In this document: positions 26,600 to 34,804 of the stretch, piece after piece
Layout of the letters: every line of letters begins with the position of its first letter
How positions within the stretch are numbered: the first letter of the stretch is position 1
NCBI GenBank assembly: GCA_965602205.1
Contig: CBFCYQ010000002.1
Span: forward strand, 1-38,777
Source: an uncultured bacterium
GTDB lineage: Bacteria; Zixibacteria; MSB-5A5; GN15; FEB-12
Direction: 5' to 3'
DNA length: 38,777 nucleotides
Position numbers and translations under genes: made by a program
Notes under the pieces: generated by a model
Told to the model about the DNA's origin: nothing
Databases searched by the model: none
Seen by the model: only the letters and a program-made list of their open reading frames with translations

Positions 26600-27753
26600 A
26601 CGCCAAATGTCTCTCTAAGTTTTTCGAAGAACGATTTACTGGGCTTGGGCGGTTTGAAGGAATCCGAGTGCGCCAGCTTCCGAAGCAACTCACGGTCGGA
26701 GGCTTCCACCCTGGTGGGGACCCAGACAAAAATCTGTACCAGCTCGTCGCCACGGCCGCCGCGATGGAGATGAGGGATGCCTTTACCGCGCAGCTTGAAC
26801 ACCTTGCCGGGCTGCGTGCCGGCCGGAATCTTGATACTCTCGTCACCGTTCAGGGTGGGCACCGAGACAGTGCCACCCAGGGTCGCGGTGGTAAAGGAGA
26901 TGGGCATTTCGCAAATAATGTGATCGCCGTGACGGGTGAAAACCTCATGGTTCTTCTCTTCGAAAACGACAATCAGATCACCCGGCTCGCCCTTGTTGGG
27001 AGCGGCGTTCCCCATGTTCTCAACGGTCATGTAGTTGCCGCCGGCCACCCCGGGCGGGACGTTAATCTTGACATCACTGGAGCCGCGCACACGGCCGTCG
27101 CCGCTGCAACTGCGACAGGCATCCGCAATAATCTCACCGGCGCCGCGACACACGTTGCATGGGGTCACCTGCTGAACCGTGCCGAGAAATGTCCGGCTGA
27201 TCGTCCGTACCTGCCCGGCGCCCTTGCACTGCGGGCAGGTTTTTTTCGAGGAACCGACAGCCACCCCCGAACCACCACAGGTATCACAACCGACCATTCG
27301 TGTGACCTTGATTGTCTTCTCCGCACCGGTGGCGATTTCCTCAAGAGCGAGGCCGATGCGAATACGCAGGTCCTCGCCGCGATTTCTCCTGTGGCGCGCC
27401 GTGCCGCCACCCATACCGAACAGATCATCAAAGATTGAGCCGCCGCCGAAGTCGCGCATGAAGGCCCGAAGGGCATCGCTGAGGTCGAACCCGCCAAAGC
27501 CGCCAAATCCACCAAATCCGGCCGCCTGTCCCAGACCGGCGTGACCGAACTGGTCATAAGTCTGCCGCTTCTGGGGATCCTTCAGAATCTCATAGGCCTC
27601 CGTAGCCTCCTTGAAGCTGTCTTCCGCCTCGCTGTTGCCCGGGTTACGGTCCGGGTGGTACTTCAGGGCCAGTTTTCGGTAAGCCGATTTGATGTCGTCT
27701 TCGCCGGCATCGCGGCCGACACCGAGAATTTCGTAGTAGTCCCGCTTATCCAT
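26596..27753 (-). CDS. dnaJ: Molecular chaperone DnaJ
   Basis: 385 aa. J-domain (DYYEILGV ... YHPDRN), a G/F-rich linker, four CxxCxGxG zinc motifs ([32 protein letters not shown]), and the C-terminal domains. Confidence 0.95.
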   Translation of the reverse strand: MDKRDYYEILGVGRDAGEDDIKSAYRKLALKYHPDRNPGNSEAEDSFKEATEAYEILKDPQKRQTYDQFGHAGLGQAAGFGGFGGFGGFDLSDALRAFMRDFGGGSIFDDLFGMGGGTARHRRNRGEDLRIRIGLALEEIATGAEKTIKVTRMVGCDTCGGSGVAVGSSKKTCPQCKGAGQVRTISRTFLGTVQQVTPCNVCRGAGEIIADACRSCSGDGRVRGSSDVKINVPPGVAGGNYMTVENMGNAAPNKGEPGDLIVVFEEKNHEVFTRHGDHIICEMPISFTTATLGGTVSVPTLNGDESIKIPAGTQPGKVFKLRGKGIPHLHRGGRGDELVQIFVWVPTRVEASDRELLRKLAHSDSFKPPKPSKSFFEKLRETFGV

Positions 27754-27763
27754 GAAATATCAA

Positions 27764-29707
27764 TTACTTCTTATCATCGTCAACGACTTCAAAGTCGGCG
27801 TCAACCGCGCCATCCTTCGCGTCGCCGCCCTTATCCGCCGGCTCGCCTCCGGGCTGCCCGGACTCCGTTGAACCAGCCTGCGATGCCGCCTGGGCCTGCT
27901 CGGCCTGGGCCGCCTTGTACATCTCCTCGGCAATCTTGTGCGAAGCCGTCATCAACTCTTCCCGGGCCTGGTTGATGGCCTCGGGGGACTCGCCTTTCAT
28001 GGCTTCTTTGAGCTTGCCGATGGCCTCTTCGACTTTCTTCTTCTCGTCGTCGGAGATTTTGTCGCCGTGCTCCTTGAGCGTTTTCTCGGTCGTGTAGATG
28101 AACTGGTCCGCCTCATTCCGGGCCTGGATCAGGTCGGCCTTCTTTTTGTCCTCCTCGGCGTGCTTATCCGCATCACCGACCATGCGGTCAATTTCCTGCT
28201 CCGACAACCCGGATGAAACCTCGATCCTGATCGACTGTTCCTGACCGGTGGCTTTGTCCTTGGCCGAGACGTGCACGATGCCGTTGGCGTCAATGTCGAA
28301 CGCCACTTCAATCTGCGGCATACCTCGCGGGGCCGACGGAATTCCTACCAGGTCAAAACGGCCAAGGGTGCGGTTATCGATGGCCATTTTGCGTTCACCC
28401 TGCAGCACGTGGATGGAAACAGCCGTTTGGTTGTCATCGGCGGTCGAAAAAATCTGCGCCTTTTTAGTCGGAATGGTCGTGTTACGCTCGATCAATCGCG
28501 TCATTACCCCGCCCAGGGTCTCGATGCCCAGGGAAAGCGGGGTGACGTCCAAAAGGACGATATCCTTTACGTCGCCGGCCAGAACTCCCCCCTGAATGGC
28601 CGCTCCCAGGGCCACCACTTCATCGGGATTGACGCCCTTGTTGGGCTCCCTGCCGAACAATTCCTTGGTCAGTTCGATAACCTTGGGCATGCGCGTCATA
28701 CCGCCCACCAGCACAACTTCGTCGATGTCGCCGACACTCAACTGGGCGTCGGCCAGAGCCTGCTTGCACGGTCCGACGGTGCGATCAATCAGATGTTCGG
28801 TCAACTGTTCGAATTTAGCACGCGTCAGTGACAGGTCCAGATGCTTCGGTCCGGCCTGGTCCGCCGTGATAAACGGCAGGTTGACGTTGGTCTGGAGGGT
28901 TGACGACAGTTCGATTTTGGCCTTCTCGGCAGCTTCTTTCAGCCGCTGTAGCGCCATGCGGTCTTTGCGCAGGTCAATCCCCTGCGCCTTGCGAAATTCA
29001 TCGGCCATCCAGTCGATGACCGTCTGGTCAAAGTCATCGCCGCCCAGGTGCGAATCACCGTTGGTCGAGCGCACCTCAAAAACACCGTCACCTATCTCGA
29101 GAATCGAAATATCGAAGGTGCCGCCGCCCAGATCATACACGGCTATTTTCTGGTTGACCTTCTTCTGCATTCCATAAGCCAGCGAAGCCGCGGTCGGTTC
29201 GTTGATAATTCGCAGTACTTCCAGCCCGGCGATGCGCCCGGCATCTTTGGTGGCCTGCCGCTGCGAGTCGTTGAATTAGGCCGGCACCGTAATAACCGCC
29301 TGCTTGATCTCGCCGCCAAGATAGTCCTCCGCCGCCTTTTTCATATACTGCAGAATCATGGCTGAGATTTCCGGAGGCTGGTGCTTTTTGTCCCCGGCTT
29401 CTATCAGGACGGCACCCTTTTCATTCTCAGTGACTTTGTAGGGTACGATCTTTTCTTCCTCGGTGACCTCGTTATGCATACGGCCCATAAAACGCTTGAC
29501 CGAAAAGACGGTGTTTTCGGGATTGGTGACCGCCTGCCGTTTCGCGGCAGCACCCACCAGGCGCTGCCCATCGCTGGTAAACGCGACCACCGACGGCGTC
29601 GTGCGAGAACCCTCCTGGTTCGGTATTACCACCGGATCGTTGCCCTCGAGAACAGCCACACAGGAGTTGGTTGTCCCCAGGTCTATGCCAATTATCTTAC
29701 CCATCAC
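27764..29707 (-). pseudogene. dnaK: dnaK (Hsp70) interrupted by a single in-frame TAA at 29276-29278
   Basis: ORF 29276-29707 encodes [18 protein letters not shown]...AVITVPA*. ORF 27764-29170 encodes the remainder from [22 protein letters not shown] to the C-terminus. The 105 nt between them reads, in the same frame, [35 protein letters not shown]. One 648-codon frame is therefore intact except for a TAA where the invariant Tyr of VPAYFND belongs. Confidence 0.9.
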
Positions 29708-29740
29708 TAAGCTCCTATATCATGTAGCTAAATTAGCTTT

Positions 29741-30415
29741 TCACTTTTGTTCCTGGCTCGCCTCGTTTTCGGAGGGTCGGCCGCGGCTCACCCCCACCTT
29801 GCTGTGCCGGAGCACCTTATTGCCCAACATGTACCCCCGGGTCATCTCCAGCGCTACTATTCCCTCTTCGTACTCGTCCGATTCCACCTGCATGAGCGCT
29901 TCGTGCAGATTAGGATCGAAAGGCTTGCCGATAGTCTCTATGGGCCTGACGTCGTATTTCGCCAGCAGGTCCATCATCTGCCCGAAAATCAGCTCCGCGC
30001 CCTTTTTGAAACCCTCCAGGTTGTTCTCATCGTTGCCATGTTCCAGGGCACGTTCAAAATTGTCTACGATTTCAAGCATCTGGCCCAGTATGCGCTGGCT
30101 GGACGAACGCACCATGTCGTCGTACTGGCGGGCGATGCGCTTTTTGTAATTGTCGAATTCGGCCGCCGTTCGCAGCAACCGGTCCTCGAGTTGTGCAATC
30201 TTCTCCTGGAGCTTTTCCTCTCCGCTCAACCGTTCTTCCGGCTCACCGACTTCCTCCTGCTGTTGAACAGGGCGGCCGTTCTCGCCCTCTTGCGGCGTGG
30301 CCGCCGGGGCCTCGTCAGCAACGGCTTCGCCGGGCGAGGATTCCAACTCGCCTTGGCGCTCGCTCTTCTCTTCACTGCTTGTGACTTCGATTTCAACTTC
30401 CTTCTTCTTGGACAT
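29741..30415 (-). CDS. grpE: Nucleotide exchange factor GrpE
   Basis: 224 aa. An acidic N-terminus is followed by RTAAEFDNYKKRIARQ and a C-terminal beta domain (FDPNLHEALMQVESDE ... GYMLGNKVLRHSKV). Confidence 0.9.
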   Translation of the reverse strand: MSKKKEVEIEVTSSEEKSERQGELESSPGEAVADEAPAATPQEGENGRPVQQQEEVGEPEERLSGEEKLQEKIAQLEDRLLRTAAEFDNYKKRIARQYDDMVRSSSQRILGQMLEIVDNFERALEHGNDENNLEGFKKGAELIFGQMMDLLAKYDVRPIETIGKPFDPNLHEALMQVESDEYEEGIVALEMTRGYMLGNKVLRHSKVGVSRGRPSENEASQEQK

Positions 30416-30421
30416 CGCCGA

Positions 30422-31465
30422 CTATTCCTTTTTCTTATCCATACCGGCCAGAACCTGGTTGATGGTCTTCGCGGTGAACCGTACTACCGAAACCAGCTTA
30501 CTGTACGGCATACGCGTGGGTCCGATGACCCCGATGGTTCCGGATATATTTCCAACGCGGTACGTTGAGGTCACCAGGGAGCAATCCAGAATCTGGTGAA
30601 ATTTGCTTTCTTTGCCAATCGTTATGAACAGACCTTCCTCGCGGGCCTCATCGAGGAAATCCGTCAGAGCGCTACTGTCACCGAGCACCTTGACCAGTTC
30701 CGAGATGCGGACCGGGTCGGAGAATTCCGGCTGGCGGACCAGATTATCCGCACCCCAGATATGAATATCCCCCGAGCGGTGGTCGCGCCAGATCTTGTCT
30801 TTTGAATCTACGATCATGTTGATCAGGCGCCCCCGGCCGGAGACATCGGCCAGACGTTTCGATATGGTCCTGCGGATCTCACCGAGAGTCAGCCCGGCCA
30901 ATCGCTCATTCAGCAAGGTCTCGACCTCTCGAAGCGAGGGTTCCGAGATAGTCGTCTCAATTTCTATAATCACCGACCGCGCCAGCCCCGACTGGACGAC
31001 GACTACCACCATGATCCTCTCGTCGGCCACTGGGATAAGCTCCAGCCTTCTCAGCACGCCTTCCTCAAACCGGGGAGCTATGGATACCCCCAACTGCTGC
31101 GAAATATCACCCAGCACTTTACATGTCTGCCCGAGTATTTCGTTGATACCGCGCCCTTCACGCAGGATGGAGCTTTTGATGCCCTCTTTCTCTTTGTCTG
31201 TCAGCTTCTCGGGCTTGAGGAGATAATCCACGTACACGCGGTAGCCCAGGTCGGTGGGCACCCGGCCCGCGGAGGTGTGAGGCTGCTTAACCAGACCCAG
31301 TTCTTCCAGGTCCTGAAGGGTATTACGGATAGTCGCCGAGGATATTCCCATCCGGAATTTGCTCGCAATAGCTCGCGAGCCAACTGGATCAGCGGTTAAG
31401 ATATAGTAACTGATCAGGTTGGATAATATCTGTTTCTCGCGGTCTGTCAGATTTTCAAAAGCCAT
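30422..31465 (-). CDS. hrcA: Heat-inducible transcription repressor HrcA
   Basis: 347 aa. The N-terminal winged helix is LTDREKQILSNLISYYILTADPVGSRAIA ... SSATIRNTLQDLEELGLV. It is the first gene of hrcA-grpE-dnaK-dnaJ. Confidence 0.9.
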   Translation of the reverse strand: MAFENLTDREKQILSNLISYYILTADPVGSRAIASKFRMGISSATIRNTLQDLEELGLVKQPHTSAGRVPTDLGYRVYVDYLLKPEKLTDKEKEGIKSSILREGRGINEILGQTCKVLGDISQQLGVSIAPRFEEGVLRRLELIPVADERIMVVVVVQSGLARSVIIEIETTISEPSLREVETLLNERLAGLTLGEIRRTISKRLADVSGRGRLINMIVDSKDKIWRDHRSGDIHIWGADNLVRQPEFSDPVRISELVKVLGDSSALTDFLDEAREEGLFITIGKESKFHQILDCSLVTSTYRVGNISGTIGVIGPTRMPYSKLVSVVRFTAKTINQVLAGMDKKKE

Positions 31466-31497
31466 CTTAAATGCCTGCCATACAATAGGCTGCCATT

Positions 31498-31524
31498 TTG
31501 GCAGCCGCGCTGTCAGAGCGCTAA
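31498..31524 (-). promoter_or_regulatory. Degenerate CIRCE-like operator in the hrcA leader
   Basis: The minus strand reads TTAGCGCTC-TGACAGCGC-GGCTGCCAA, against the CIRCE consensus TTAGCACTC-N9-GAGTGCTAA. The left arm matches 8/9 and the right arm 6/9. A possible -35 (TTGACT, 31549-31554) lies just upstream. The right arm overlaps a perfect hairpin, GGCTGCCA-TTT-TGGCAGCC (31488-31506). Confidence 0.35.
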
Positions 31525-31800
31525 TAATCTCATGAATTTTGTAACAATAGTCAAGAAAAAACGGTCCCGGATTTTATTTGAGAAGATTGAAGAAGCCTGA
31601 GCCCTCACCTAGCCCGGAGCACCTGTCTCATGGGCGCAACGCCTGTAGCCCCGACGGTCAAAGACACGCTAACGTGAAGTTTACGGGTAAAATGATTCAG
31701 CCGCGAGCCCGCAGAGGCGGGAAGCCAAGGAGCATGCCACCAGAAGAGGCAGAGCCGGCAAATCATGTGGGTCAAATGCGGGAACGGTCGAAAAGAAAAG

Positions 31801-32133
31801 TTACTTCTTAGTCTTTTTGCTGGGTGCAGACTTCTTCTTCTGCGTCGATTTCTTAGTGGTCTTCTGTTGAGTCGTCCGCTTCGGGGTGGTCTTCTGCTTC
31901 AGGTTTTCCCGGCGGTCGTCAATTCCGTTGTTGTTCCTGTCGACGAAGCGATCGAACCTTTTGGCGGGCGGCTTCTTCCTGGTGGCCGGTGTCGCTTTCT
32001 TCTTCGTCGAAGATGCTTCCTTTTTCTTGACGACCTTCGTTTTTGACTTCTTCTGTTTTTCTACCGCGGGCACCTGCCCGCTCAGCGAAAGCAGAAAACC
32101 CGCACACACGAGATATATCAGCAATCGTTTCAT
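31801..32133 (-). CDS. Small exported, extremely lysine-rich protein (hypothetical)
   Basis: The start at ATG 32131-32133 is preceded by GGGAGG. The signal peptide is MKRLLIYLVCAGFLLSLSGQVPA. I count 27 Lys in the ~87 aa mature part. It has a central DxNxNG-type loop (DRNNNGIDDRRE) resembling Ca-binding DxDxDG loops. Confidence 0.6.
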   Translation of the reverse strand: MKRLLIYLVCAGFLLSLSGQVPAVEKQKKSKTKVVKKKEASSTKKKATPATRKKPPAKRFDRFVDRNNNGIDDRRENLKQKTTPKRTTQQKTTKKSTQKKKSAPSKKTKK

Positions 32134-32195
32134 AGAAACCTCCCGCACTCCAGAATAACTATCCTCCGGCAATTCGGCAAGGAACAAACAGTCGG

Positions 32196-33749
32196 TTATT
32201 TCTTCTTTCCCTTGCTGGTTGACCCGCTGCTCTTGGGCGCACTTTTCGGAGCCGACTTGCTCGAGCCCGACGACTGGCTGGGGGCCTGCCGGACGCTCTT
32301 ACCCGAAGAAGACGATTGTTTGCCCTTGGCAGAGTTACTGCTCTTCTGAGTCTTGTAAGACTTGCCGCTGCTCGACCCGCTACTGGCTTTCCCTTTGGAC
32401 GTACCGGTCTTCGATTGTTTCTTGTAGGTCGTGGCCGACTTCTTCTGGTAATATTTAGATTTGGACGACTCCTTCAGGATCGCCTTACCCTTTGTCTGCT
32501 TGCCAGGGGAAGAATAACCACGGTCTCTGGAGGCGTCCTTGCCCGACTTGGACTTGTATTCGAATTGCGAGCGTTTTACCTTCGACGAAGTCGGCACCCT
32601 GGTTTTGCCCGAAGAGTCGTAACGGTCCTTACTGCCGGGTCTGGCGGGCTTTGCATCCACCTCGTAACCGCGCTTTGTCTTTACCATCTTTGCCTCGCCC
32701 CGGGCGTATTTCCTCGTGGTCGTGATTACACTGCCCTTGGTTTTGGTTTTACCGCTTCCGGCGATCGTGCCTGACACCGCCGTCTTCGATTTGGAAGTAA
32801 CGGCCAGCCTGGTCACTTTCTTCTCGTAATCGGGGTAGCCGCTGGTGACCGGGTTGCGGTACCCGGAGTAGCGCACCTCTTTATATTTGGAGGAAACGCC
32901 CCGAGCCGGAGTGATTATCGTCCGGTCAAGAATGACGGTGTTGTAGCGGTGCACGTGAATGTCGGACTCCCAGCAATAGCCAAAGGGATCATAGACAGAG
33001 AACGTGTGCCAGCCGACGTACAGACGCGGAATATAGAGCGGAGCGATACCCCAGTACACACCGTTGACGTAAACGGTCCCGCCGATCGGCCAATCGATAT
33101 AGACGTTTCCGGCAACCGTCCAGCTCGGATAATGAGGATAGTACACCGGCCGGAAATAGTAGTCTTCCCACTCGTTGATGTAAATCACGGTGCGGTCGTA
33201 GGCAAACCTCTGACCATCGTAGCGCACGAAATAGCGACTGTTGATGAAGTCCATATAATCGTTACGATCGTCCCAGTCGAAAATGAGTCCGGAATTGGGA
33301 TACCAGTCAGGAATGGGGAAACGCTCGCGCGAGGCTACTATCTGGATGTTCTCCACCCCGTCGGGGCCGGTAACCACCAGGTCGTAGTCATCGAATGAGC
33401 CTGGTATATGATATGTAACGCCACCCTCGACGTAGTTGTCCGCCTCCGGCCCGGAGGGAAACAACAGGTTTACACGACCACGCGTATCGATGGAATAGAT
33501 GGCGATAAAGGCATCTCGATTCACGCGGAAGCGGACAACGATGTTGTCACCTTCATAGAACTCGTTGTCGGTATGATTGGTCCAGATCTCGGCATCGAGA
33601 TATCGGTCGATACGGGCCCGGTCAGCATTCCGGTAATACTCGTCATTGTCGTCATAATCCCGGGCTACATTCTGCGCCCACCCGGCGGGGACACAGATGA
33701 CAGCCACCAGGGCCGTCAATCCTATAATTCTCAAGATATTTCGCAGCAT
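32196..33749 (-). CDS. Exported DUF4384-like / PEGA-like protein with a ~190 aa Lys/Ser-rich C-terminal tail
   Basis: 517 aa. Signal peptide MLRNILRIIGLTALVAVICVPAGWA. DUF4384-like block: YEGDNIVVRFRVNRDAFIAIYSIDTRGRVNLLFP...IQIVASRERF. PEGA-like block: GTVYVNGVYWGIAPLYIPRLYVGWHTFSVYDPFGY. The tail is low-complexity (…SKGKASSGSSSGKSYKTQKSSNSAKGKQSSSSGKS…SKGKKK). Confidence 0.7.
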   Translation of the reverse strand: MLRNILRIIGLTALVAVICVPAGWAQNVARDYDDNDEYYRNADRARIDRYLDAEIWTNHTDNEFYEGDNIVVRFRVNRDAFIAIYSIDTRGRVNLLFPSGPEADNYVEGGVTYHIPGSFDDYDLVVTGPDGVENIQIVASRERFPIPDWYPNSGLIFDWDDRNDYMDFINSRYFVRYDGQRFAYDRTVIYINEWEDYYFRPVYYPHYPSWTVAGNVYIDWPIGGTVYVNGVYWGIAPLYIPRLYVGWHTFSVYDPFGYCWESDIHVHRYNTVILDRTIITPARGVSSKYKEVRYSGYRNPVTSGYPDYEKKVTRLAVTSKSKTAVSGTIAGSGKTKTKGSVITTTRKYARGEAKMVKTKRGYEVDAKPARPGSKDRYDSSGKTRVPTSSKVKRSQFEYKSKSGKDASRDRGYSSPGKQTKGKAILKESSKSKYYQKKSATTYKKQSKTGTSKGKASSGSSSGKSYKTQKSSNSAKGKQSSSSGKSVRQAPSQSSGSSKSAPKSAPKSSGSTSKGKKK

Positions 33750-33770
33750 TTGACTTGCCTCTCTTTCCTC

Positions 33771-34643
33771 TTATTTCGATGAGCCGGTGCTCACATTTCG
33801 TTTCAAATAATCCGAGCCGACAACGATCTCGTTCGTACCGTCATCGCGCGGCGCCAATTCCGGGTTGTCATAACTGGTCTGATAGGCCCAGGCCAGATCG
33901 AGCGAGGCGGCATTCTCCGCCAGCACCCACAGTTTGGCGTAATGTTTGTCGTCAGTCTTTATAACATAGATATGATCTACTATTGCCTCCATCCAGCCGA
34001 GAGCCGACCAGCCAAGCTGAGGGGCCCAACCGACATCCTCAAAATACTCGAAGTAACCGAGGTCCTGTATGTAGGTATTGGCGTTCGCGACATTGATGTA
34101 AAAGATACCGCCCGCCTCATCGACATAAACATCCGCGGCGGGACTGTCCCAGGCGACCCGAGTCTGGTTGGCGAGATCGAACCCGGACTCGGAACCGTCA
34201 ACGGCCATGTCCCACAACTCAACCACGCCCTCCGGACGAGGAGTGTCGTAGGCATCCTCGGCCGACAAATCCGATACATGACCGGCAAAGTCGACTGACG
34301 AGATTGCGTACCAGTAGGTGTGGCCGTTCGCGGCGGTGTAGTCGATAAATCCGGGAATGTAGTAGATGAGATCAAGATTGGGATTATCATCGGCGGTACG
34401 CCGGCCAATCTCGAGATAATTTTCCGTGGGTTCGTCTGAACGCTTGATGATAAACTCTTTGATATCCCGCTCGTAGGGTCCACTCCAGAAAACGTAAACA
34501 GCATCGTCCCCGGTGACGGTGTAGACACCCTGAGGCGGCTGAGGTCGCGTGTCGACGACCACCATATCATCGTCATCCTCGTCACAGCCGACAACGATAA
34601 GCGTCGTCAGAGCAAAAAATATGGGGAATAAAAGCTTTTTCAT
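33771..34643 (-). CDS. Lipoprotein with an FN3-like domain (hypothetical)
   Basis: The start at ATG 34641-34643 lies 6 nt after AAGGAG. The signal peptide and lipobox are MKKLLFPIFFALTTLIVVG|C, followed by an acidic linker (DEDDDD). The FN3-like segment is VYTVTGDDAVYVFWSGP...YIDYTAANGHTYWYAISSVDFAGHVSDLS. Confidence 0.7.
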   Translation of the reverse strand: MKKLLFPIFFALTTLIVVGCDEDDDDMVVVDTRPQPPQGVYTVTGDDAVYVFWSGPYERDIKEFIIKRSDEPTENYLEIGRRTADDNPNLDLIYYIPGFIDYTAANGHTYWYAISSVDFAGHVSDLSAEDAYDTPRPEGVVELWDMAVDGSESGFDLANQTRVAWDSPAADVYVDEAGGIFYINVANANTYIQDLGYFEYFEDVGWAPQLGWSALGWMEAIVDHIYVIKTDDKHYAKLWVLAENAASLDLAWAYQTSYDNPELAPRDDGTNEIVVGSDYLKRNVSTGSSK

Positions 34644-34684
34644 AACAACTCCTTTTCTATTTTTCATTTCCTGATGGAAAAGAC

Positions 34685-34700
34685 ATCAATAACCGTGCCA
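34685..34700 (-). promoter_or_regulatory. Sigma-54-type (-24/-12) promoter upstream of the exported-protein operon
   Basis: The minus strand reads TGGCAC-GGTTA-TTGAT. The -24 element is perfect and the spacing correct, but the -12 element is TTGA instead of TTGC. It lies ~45 nt upstream of the ATG at 34643 and directly downstream of a sigma-54 activator gene. Confidence 0.5.
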
Positions 34701-34764
34701 AGACACCTAAAACTTTATTATACAGTCTGTTAGCTGACTAGCGGAAGAGCGTCAGCGGAGGGTG

Positions 34765-34781
34765 ACGCACAAATATTGTGC
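34765..34781. promoter_or_regulatory. Palindromic candidate enhancer (UAS) for the sigma-54 activator
   Basis: GCACAA-TAT-TTGTGC has perfect 6 bp arms and sits ~70-80 bp upstream of the -24 element. A third TTGTGCGC copy is at 34797-34804. The GCAC..GTGC core resembles NtrC-family sites. Confidence 0.35.
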
Positions 34782-34804
34782 ATCAATCGGTATCGGGCGC
34801 ACAA

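Noticed and set aside
26593-27438. Other long antisense or alternative-frame ORFs, for example 684-1493, 7455-8138, 11076-11807, 23436-24152, 25970-26773, 26593-27438, 29463-30149 and 29747-30568
   Set aside because: Each overlaps a confidently identified minus-strand gene (oxidoreductase, DUF2723, ribBA/ribE, kinase, prmA, dnaJ, dnaK/grpE). All have Arg/Gly/Pro/Ser-rich translations typical of non-coding frames.
29276-29278. TAA reassigned to a sense codon (Tyr) as a genome-wide genetic-code change
   Set aside because: TAA terminates dnaK itself at 27764-27766, at a position consistent with the normal Hsp70 C-terminus. Other genes in the window also end at sensible lengths on standard stops. 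A local event (error, mutation or read-through) is far more likely.
31578-31811. A 77 aa plus-strand ORF in the gap upstream of hrcA
   Set aside because: It has no SD, an Arg/Pro/Lys-rich low-complexity translation, overlaps the 3' end of the K-rich gene on the opposite strand, and has no recognisable motif.
32196-32770. Repetitive DNA that could be mistaken for a repeat array or CRISPR
   Set aside because: The periodicity comes from low-complexity Lys/Ser/Gly codons inside a continuous ORF. There are no regularly spaced identical repeats separated by unique spacers.
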